DNA of 64,000 bases, taken from the NCBI RefSeq assembly GCF_028368995.1, contig NZ_JAQNDL010000005.1:480001-544000 (forward strand), given 5' to 3'. Numbering within the stretch: position 1 is the first letter of the stretch; each line of letters opens with the position of its first letter. A program made the translations under genes and the position numbers. The notes below the pieces were generated by a model. That model was not told where the DNA came from, ran no database searches, and saw only the letters and a list, made by a program, of their open reading frames with translations. The stretch comes from Nannocystis bainbridge (GTDB lineage Bacteria; Myxococcota_A; Polyangia; Nannocystales; Nannocystaceae). This document shows positions 57,611 through 64,000 of this stretch, one piece after another.

Positions 57611-58957
57611 ATGAGCAACCGTCGCACCATCCCCCGTCGCACCCTCCTCCGCGGCCTCCTCGGCGGCTCCGCGGCCGTCGTCGGTCTCCCGCTGCTCGAG
57701 GCCATGCTCGATCGCCACGGCGAAGCGCTCGCCGACGGCTCGCCGCTGCCGACCCGGTTCGTCACCTGGTTCTTCGGCAACGGCGTGATCTTGCCGCGCT
57801 TCGAGCCGGCCGCCACCGGCCCCAATTACCCGCTGAGCGACCAGCTGCAGCCGCTCGCCAACGTGCGCGACTACGTCACCGTGCTGACCGGCATGCGCAA
57901 CCGCTGCGAGGTGACCGTCACCCACCACGAGGGCATGACGGCCTTCAACGGCTTCACGATGACCGAGCTGAGCGGCCTGTTCTCCAAGGCCGGCGGCCCG
58001 ACGATCGACCAGCTGATCGCCGCCAAGATCGGCCAGGACACCCCGGTCGCCTCGATCCACCTCGGCGTGTCCAAGCACCTCAGCGTGATGGACTCCGGCA
58101 CCACCATGCACGCCCTCTCGCACAAGGGCCCCAACGAGCCGCAGTACCCGCAGTTCAACCCGCAGCAGGCGTGGACCGACCTGTTCGGCGCGTTCGCCCC
58201 GACGGCCGACGACCGCCCGTTGCGGGCCAGCATCCTCGACGCCGTCCGCGATCAGACCGCCGCGCTGCGGACCCGCCTCGGCAAGCTCGACAACCAGCGG
58301 CTCGACGCCCACCTCGACGGCGTCAGCGCGCTCGAGAAGAAGATCGAGGCCACCGCGCCGCTGTGCGCCCTGCCCGACAAGCCGACCGAGACCAACACCG
58401 ACATCAACGGCGTCGAGCCGATCACCGCCGTCAACGGCGTCATGAGCGACCTGCTGGTGTACGCCTTCCAGTGCGACATCACCCGCGTCGCCAGCATGCT
58501 GTTCCACGGCGGCGCCGCCGAGACGGTCTTCTCCGAGATCGACATCTGGTCCGGCCACCACAACAACTCGCACAACCCCAACTCCGAGGAGCTGCACACC
58601 GGCATCGTCCACATCATGGGCCGCTTCGCCGACCTGCTCGAGCGGTTCAAGGCCTCCGTCGACATCGACGGCAAGAACTTGCTCGACACCTCGATCATCT
58701 ACTGCAGCAGCGACTGCGCCGAGGGCTGGACCCACTCGATCCAGCGCCAGCCGATCATCCTCGCCGGCCACGGCCGCAACAAGCTCATCTACCCCGGAAT
58801 CCACGTGCAGGCCGCCCCGTACCCGATGAGCGACGGTAACATCTCCGACGTCCTGCTGACCTGCCTGCAGGCGTTCGACCCGAGGGCCACGTCGATCGGC
58901 GGCGGCGCGCCGATGTCGACCACACCGATGCCCGCGATCATGGGCACCGACTTCTGA
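57611..58957 (+). CDS. DUF1552 (HxxSH) Tat-exported protein
   Basis: 'RRTLLRG..GLPLLEAM', 'TIDQLIA', 'RASILD', 'AFQCDITRV', 'HHNNSH', 'LLDTS'. Confidence 0.92.
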   Translation: MSNRRTIPRRTLLRGLLGGSAAVVGLPLLEAMLDRHGEALADGSPLPTRFVTWFFGNGVILPRFEPAATGPNYPLSDQLQPLANVRDYVTVLTGMRNRCEVTVTHHEGMTAFNGFTMTELSGLFSKAGGPTIDQLIAAKIGQDTPVASIHLGVSKHLSVMDSGTTMHALSHKGPNEPQYPQFNPQQAWTDLFGAFAPTADDRPLRASILDAVRDQTAALRTRLGKLDNQRLDAHLDGVSALEKKIEATAPLCALPDKPTETNTDINGVEPITAVNGVMSDLLVYAFQCDITRVASMLFHGGAAETVFSEIDIWSGHHNNSHNPNSEELHTGIVHIMGRFADLLERFKASVDIDGKNLLDTSIIYCSSDCAEGWTHSIQRQPIILAGHGRNKLIYPGIHVQAAPYPMSDGNISDVLLTCLQAFDPRATSIGGGAPMSTTPMPAIMGTDF

Positions 58958-58984
58958 GCCGCGCGGCTGGGCTCCGCGCCGCGA

Positions 58985-59098
58985 CCTCGTCTTCACGGCC
59001 GCTCCCGCTGCACCACGCAGCAGGAGCGGCCGCTGCCACGTCCTCGTCTTCACGGCCGCTCCCGCTGCGCTCACGCAGCAGGAGCGGCCGCTGCCGCG
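58985..59098. repeat. Two tandem ~57-bp REP-like hairpin units between convergent genes
   Basis: cctcgtcttcacggccgctcccgctgc..acgcagcaggagcggccgctgcc occurs twice; each unit has a cggccgctcc/ggagcggccg stem. Confidence 0.85.
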
Positions 59099-59102
59099 CC
59101 GC

Positions 59103-60923
59103 TCACCCGCACATCCCGCAGCCGAATGACTCGACCTCGGCGACGCACTGCCCGTCCCACTCGACGTTGCAGCAGAACCCGTCCTGCGCGCACACGCAGG
59201 CCGAGACCGCCGCGTCGTCGCACGACGGCGAGTCGTGCGGCGCGCAGCAGCCGGTGTCGACCGGCGGCTCGACGCACATGCCGCAGCCGAGCGTCTCGAC
59301 CTCGGACACGCACAGCTCGTCCCACTCGACGTTGCAGCAGAACGGGTCCTGCGCGCACACGCACGCGCTGATCGCCGGGTCCTCGCACGACGGCGTGTCG
59401 AGCGGCTCGCAGCAGAGGTCTTGCGGCGCGCCGCACGTCCCGCAGGCCTGCGACTCGACCAGCGCCACGCAGGCCTCCGTCCACTGCGTGTCGCAGCAGC
59501 TCGCATCGACCTCGCAGACGCACGCCTGCACCTCGGCGTCGACGCACCCCGGGCCCTCGCCCGCCACGCAGCACTCGCCGGGCTGCGCCTCGCATAACCC
59601 GCAGCCGACCGAGTCGACCAGCTCGACGCAGCTCGCGTCCCACTGCTGCTCGCAGCACGCCGGCGCCTGCGCGCACACGCAGGCCTCGACCGCCGGCTCG
59701 TCGCAGCCGGCCCCCGCGTGGGCCTCGCAGCACAGCCCCTGCTCGACCTGACACGCCCCGCACCCTGCCTGGTCGACCATCGCCACGCACGCGTCGCTCC
59801 ACGGGCCGAAGCAGCAGTCCGGCGCCATGTTGCACACGCACGCCTCGACCAGCGGATCGACGCACCCGGGGGTCGGATTGGCCTCGCAGCACTCGCCCTT
59901 CGGCGGCCCCTCGCAGAAGCCGCAGCCGAACGAGTCGACCGCCGCCACACACTCCGGCCCCCACGCGTCGATGCAGCACGTCCCCTGCAGGCCGCACACG
60001 CACGCCTCGACCCCGGGGTCGAGGCACCCGGGGGTCGGGTTCGCCTCGCAGCACTCGCCCTTCGGCGGCCCCTCGCAGAAGCCGCAGCCGAGCGAATCGA
60101 CCGCCGTCACGCACTCGGGCCCCCACGCCCCGTCGCAGCAGCCGGGCAGCTGCTCGCACACGCAGCTCTCGACCGCGCCGTCGAGGCACCCGCCGCCCGC
60201 GTGCGCCTCGCAGCACTCGCCCTTCGGCGGCTCCTGGCAGGTCCCGCACGCCAGCGTATCGACGGCCGCGACGCACTCCGGCCCCCACACGCCCGCGCAG
60301 CAGTCCGGCAGCTGCGCGCACACACAGCTCTCGACAGGGTCCTCGGTGCAGCCCGGCCCGACGCCGACCTCGCAACACGGACCCTCCGGCGGCGGACACG
60401 AGCCGCACCCGAGCTCGCTCACCAGCGCCACGCAAGCGCTCGTCCACTGCCCCTGACAGCACGAAGCGTCGACCGTGCACACGCACGCCTCGATCGCCGG
60501 ATCGCCGCACAGCAGCGGCTTGCAGCAGGGCGACGGCTCGACCATCGTCGTCTCGCTGGCCGAGCCCGGGCTCGTCGTCTCGGTAGTCTCCGTCGTCGTC
60601 GTCGTCGTCGTCGTCGTCTCCGCCGTCGTCGTCGTCGTCGTCGGCACGGTCGTCGTCGGCTCGCCGGTGGTGGTGCCGGGCTCCGTGGTCGATGTCGAGG
60701 TGCCGGGCTCGGTCGCCGCCGATTCGGACGAACCGTCCGACGCGCCGGTGCTCCCTGTCGACTGCGTCGCGTCGTCGGAGCAGGCGGAGAACAGCGGAGA
60801 GAATGCGACGAGCGCGAGGGTGAGCGAAGCAAAACTACGCAAGCGAAGGCTCCTGAACGCGGAGGACGGCGCCGCCGCCGTCGCGCCGCAGCATCGCAGC
60901 GCGCAGGGCAACACCATGGTCAC
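59103..60923 (-). CDS. Lipoprotein with a Thr-rich linker and nine ~53-aa repeats of 10 Cys each (start uncertain)
   Basis: Lipobox 'FSAC'; repeat pattern 'CC.....PGC....(V/I)..CVC.....CC...W...CV..V...(G/A)CG.C'. Confidence 0.85.
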   Translation of the reverse strand: MTMVLPCALRCCGATAAAPSSAFRSLRLRSFASLTLALVAFSPLFSACSDDATQSTGSTGASDGSSESAATEPGTSTSTTEPGTTTGEPTTTVPTTTTTTAETTTTTTTTTETTETTSPGSASETTMVEPSPCCKPLLCGDPAIEACVCTVDASCCQGQWTSACVALVSELGCGSCPPPEGPCCEVGVGPGCTEDPVESCVCAQLPDCCAGVWGPECVAAVDTLACGTCQEPPKGECCEAHAGGGCLDGAVESCVCEQLPGCCDGAWGPECVTAVDSLGCGFCEGPPKGECCEANPTPGCLDPGVEACVCGLQGTCCIDAWGPECVAAVDSFGCGFCEGPPKGECCEANPTPGCVDPLVEACVCNMAPDCCFGPWSDACVAMVDQAGCGACQVEQGLCCEAHAGAGCDEPAVEACVCAQAPACCEQQWDASCVELVDSVGCGLCEAQPGECCVAGEGPGCVDAEVQACVCEVDASCCDTQWTEACVALVESQACGTCGAPQDLCCEPLDTPSCEDPAISACVCAQDPFCCNVEWDELCVSEVETLGCGMCVEPPVDTGCCAPHDSPSCDDAAVSACVCAQDGFCCNVEWDGQCVAEVESFGCGMCG

Positions 60924-61407
60924 CTATACACGAGGACCGCCCCGCATTTTACGGTTCTCGAATCCGCCATGCATCCGGCCCCGCTGCCCGACCAAGTCCC
61001 GCTCTCAGCAATGTGAGATCGCACTCGGCCTCGACCCACCCTGATTCCGCAGTCTGCCCGTCTTCCCATGCGGACCCAAGCCAATCGGATTTCTGCTTCA
61101 AACTGCTCGGACCGATGCCGGCGAATCCTTCATGAATGCTCCCGGCGCGCATCCGACCCGATGCCGACGGGCGAGCGCTCCGCCCCTCGTCGGGCTCGCC
61201 GCACGAGATCGCTGTCGACCCCCAATGATGCGACCGACGAATCGCCTCCGGATCGATGGCACCTCGGCGCGCATACGCAGCGCCTCCGACGAACCGCCGA
61301 TTGCGGAAGACGTCGCCGCCGCCCCGCGCCCCCGCACAGCACCGACGAATCGCCGACTCCGAGGAACTCGCAATCGACGCTTCCCCGCGCGCCGCGGAAT
61401 CACCGCC

Positions 61408-62520
61408 TCACGAACCGCGCCCGAGCGACTTCGGCCCCGCCGACTTCTTCGCCGCCGCGTGCGGCGGACGCTGGGCGCGCTCGACGATCGCCGCCAGGTA
61501 CGAGGCCGCGCTGTCGCGTTCGGTCAGGTGCTCGCGCGCCCGCGCCACCACCGTGTCGAAGTCCGGCCGCGCGGTCGGATTCGCCGGATCGGGGTTTTGC
61601 ACGGCTGCCAGGATGCTGAGCAGCAGCTCCTCGCTGCGCGCCCGCTCGCGGGCCTGGGCCCGGCGGCCGAACAGCTCGCGCACCAGCAGGATGGTGACCA
61701 GCAGCAGCACGACGCCGAGGCCGATCGCCAGCCAACCGAACAGCCCCAGCGACGCCTTCTTGTTGGGGCTGATCGAGATCCCGAGCTCGCTCATGCCATC
61801 ATTGACGCCGAGCACCAATTGCTTGGACAGCGCGCGACCGAACGCGCCCACCGCCCCGCCGTCCTCGCCGCCTGCCACCGCCAGCATCGTCGGCCCCAGG
61901 TCGCGCTCGAGCACCGTGCGCAGCGCCGGGCCGAGGTTGTCCTCGACCACGCGCTGCACCGCCGGCCCGAGATCTTCGGCGACGACGTCGCCGAGCGCCG
62001 GCCCCAGCTCCTCGCGCAGGCCCTGCGCCGTCGATTGCATGAACGCCGACAGCGCGGTGCGCGTGACCCCGTCGACGAACTCGCGGGTGAGGCGGCGATT
62101 CTCCGGCCCGACCGCCCCGGCCATCACCGCCCCGACCAGGTCCTTCACGCTCTTGGTGAGCGCGGGCGACACGTCCTCGCCGACCGCCCGGCCGAGCGCG
62201 CCGCTGATCGTGCGAATGTAGCGATCGCTCGCCTCGCCGATCCGCTGCATCCGCTCCTCGTCGGTGAGGCCGTCCATCGCCCCGCCGGTGATCGACTGCG
62301 TGAGGTCGTGGACGGCCGCCTGGATCTCCGGGTCTCGCAGCAGCCGCCGCAGCCGCGCGCGGTTGTTCTCGTCGTCGAGCGCCTGGAGCGTGCCCTCGAG
62401 CCCGCCCTCGACCCCGCCGCGCGCGATCTCGCGGGCATTGTGGGCGCAGGCGGCCTGAGAGAGCACGAGGGCGCCGACGAGGCACAGGGCGCGGCGTCCA
62501 AATTGAAGGGTGGCGTGCAT
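61408..62520 (-). CDS. Helical lipoprotein/membrane protein of unknown function
   Basis: Lipobox-like 'QAAC'; 12-aa 'E.LGPAL..V' repeats; C-terminal TM segment. Confidence 0.7.
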   Translation of the reverse strand: MHATLQFGRRALCLVGALVLSQAACAHNAREIARGGVEGGLEGTLQALDDENNRARLRRLLRDPEIQAAVHDLTQSITGGAMDGLTDEERMQRIGEASDRYIRTISGALGRAVGEDVSPALTKSVKDLVGAVMAGAVGPENRRLTREFVDGVTRTALSAFMQSTAQGLREELGPALGDVVAEDLGPAVQRVVEDNLGPALRTVLERDLGPTMLAVAGGEDGGAVGAFGRALSKQLVLGVNDGMSELGISISPNKKASLGLFGWLAIGLGVVLLLVTILLVRELFGRRAQARERARSEELLLSILAAVQNPDPANPTARPDFDTVVARAREHLTERDSAASYLAAIVERAQRPPHAAAKKSAGPKSLGRGS

Positions 62521-62894
62521 GCGGGGTCCAGGCTGCGCGTGCGCCCGTGAGGGCCGGGCGGACGAGCATTCTTCCGGTTCGTGCGAGTCGCGTCGGCAGC
62601 GCGCGACGCTGCTCGCCGCTGCCTCCGCCATATGATCGACCCGGCAGCGCGAGCAACCGGGCAAACGGCGACCGGCGCAGGAACCCGCCGCAGAGGCCGG
62701 TTCGCCCGCGCGCTCGCGTCCCCGTCCACCGACGCAGCCCCCGACGTGGCGCAATCCGCACAACCCGCGCGCCTCGGGGGCCCCGGGACCCGCGACGCCG
62801 GCGCGAGCTCGTCGTCCGGGGATCCGGTGCGGCTGGATTTCAGGCCGCGGACGATCCGGGCGCGGGTGGAGCTGCGGCGGAGGAAATGGGGTCC

Positions 62895-63131
62895 ATGACG
62901 ACACAGGAGCGAGCGATGGCAGGCCCACCGGCGTCGAGCAGCCTGTCGTGCAAGGACTTCGCGGCCCGGGCCGGCGTCAACCCGCGGACGCTGACGTGGT
63001 GGAGGTCGAAGCTGGCGAGAATCGGCACGGCCGGGCCTGCGCCGGCCTGCTTCGTCGAGGTGACGGAGCAGCTCGCCGCGCTGGCTGCCGCGCCACCTAT
63101 CGCTATTGCGGCACGCGTGCAACCGCTCTAA
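62895..63131 (+). mobile_element. IS66-family accessory TnpA (OrfA) remnant
   Basis: 'SSLSCKDFAARAGVNPRTLTWWRSKL....FVEV' fits the IS66 OrfA HTH pattern. It is truncated and tnpB/tnpC are absent. Confidence 0.7.
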
Positions 63132-63463
63132 TTGATGCGGATCCGCGAGATCTTGCCGTCCAATCCGTTGTTGCGGATGAAGGTGACCCTCACGTACTCA
63201 TCCTCGTACGTGCGCTCGAACGTGGGAACGATGTACTCCGGGGCCGGTCGCTTGACGTTGATGATGCAGAAATCGTCGGACGTCGACCCGGACGGGTCAT
63301 CGTATAGACGGATCTCTGCCCCCGGCCTGACATTGAAGAATTTGGCCGAGCGGATCTCGTCATTCCTGACCGGCTTGAAGTCTTGACCCGGAGCATCCTC
63401 GACCGTCTGGATGATGTTCTGAGTGGCGTCGTTACCTTCGTAGAATGCGATGATCCCTGACAT
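63128..63463 (-). CDS. Beta/gamma-crystallin-like small protein
   Basis: GAGAGG RBS; 'FYEGN..QN', 'NDEIRSA', 'IRLYDDP', 'GLDGKISRI'. Visibly lower GC than the flanks. Confidence 0.65.
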   Translation of the reverse strand: MSGIIAFYEGNDATQNIIQTVEDAPGQDFKPVRNDEIRSAKFFNVRPGAEIRLYDDPSGSTSDDFCIINVKRPAPEYIVPTFERTYEDEYVRVTFIRNNGLDGKISRIRIN

Positions 63464-63907
63464 GTATCCTCTCTCCCGGGCGTCGTTTGCCCGCCCCGAT
63501 AAAGACCGATCTGCATTCCCCAGTCAATGAGCGATGTCGCCCTATAGAAGTCGGATTCGGGCGTCTTTGAAGCGTTCTGCGCGACATCACGCGAAGCGGC
63601 GGAGGTCCCAATGCGACGGGTCGCACGGGTTGGTGCGTCGCTTCATTCCTGCTCGCCGTGGTTGGGAACCACGATCTCCATCACCGCGCTCGATGTGATG
63701 CAGATCGCAATTCTAGACCGGTGTCTACGGCGCAGCGCGTGCGGGGACGCCCGACCGGCGCCCCGCCGACCCAACGGACCCGTCAGCCACCGTCACCCGC
63801 TGCGGGGCGCAATGCTCGTACATGTCCTTCGGGACATCCTCGGCGCCGCGGGCGACCCGCCGGCACGCGCGCGTCAGATCGGCTCCCCGCCGTGCTACCC
63901 CTCGCGC

Positions 63908-64000
63908 ATGAGCGAAACGACCCCCCACCCCGGTGTCCCCTCGCAGCTGTTCGTCCAGGCCTACGAGGGCACCCCCCCGTGGGACGTCGGCGCCCCGCAG
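63908..64000 (+). CDS. Class I SAM-dependent methyltransferase, N-terminus (runs off the window)
   Basis: 'MSETTPHPGVPSQLFVQAYEGTPPWDVGAPQ'; the Y.G.PPWD.G.PQ motif is typical of TPMT-like methyltransferases. Confidence 0.7.
   Translation, partial: MSETTPHPGVPSQLFVQAYEGTPPWDVGAPQ

Noticed and set aside
61234-61356. CRISPR array call for the three spaced 13-bp repeats
   Set aside because: Repeats are too short and too few, and there are no cas genes in the window.

Overview
Very GC-rich bacterial DNA with clear myxobacterial hallmarks: a MYXO-CTERM protein, a TIGR02996-type protein, a DUF1592/DUF1552 pair and many Cys-rich lipoproteins with S/T/G linkers. Nannocystis-like origin is my inference. 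1-12.1 kb is a co-oriented type VI secretion spike/effector locus: DUF2169, thiolase-like adaptor, DUF4150(PIPY)-HExxH peptidase effector, putative immunity gene, VgrG, a 705-aa protein with a nitrilase-type E-K-C triad, DUF2169, a stand-alone PAAR-like protein, and a third DUF2169. 12.1-15.3 kb is a mosaic of fragments: a frameshifted desaturase, a 296-bp copy of the immunity gene, a probable IS21-associated relic and a 5'-truncated epoxide hydrolase. The rest is an accessory/housekeeping mix: an M36 peptidase flanked by 41-bp direct repeats, an ECF sigma/anti-sigma module with a shared putative promoter motif, a WGR-SMI1/KNR4-TPR protein, LysR/AKR, tandem DUF2490 genes, an amidohydrolase, pepN, a P450, a pectinacetylesterase, DUF1592/DUF1552, a 9-repeat Cys-rich lipoprotein and an IS66 relic. 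A dispersed GACATGTC-N6-GACATGTC element recurs about 8 times, almost always at gene boundaries. I saw no rRNA, tRNA or CRISPR array. All family assignments come from motif recognition by eye, not from database searches.
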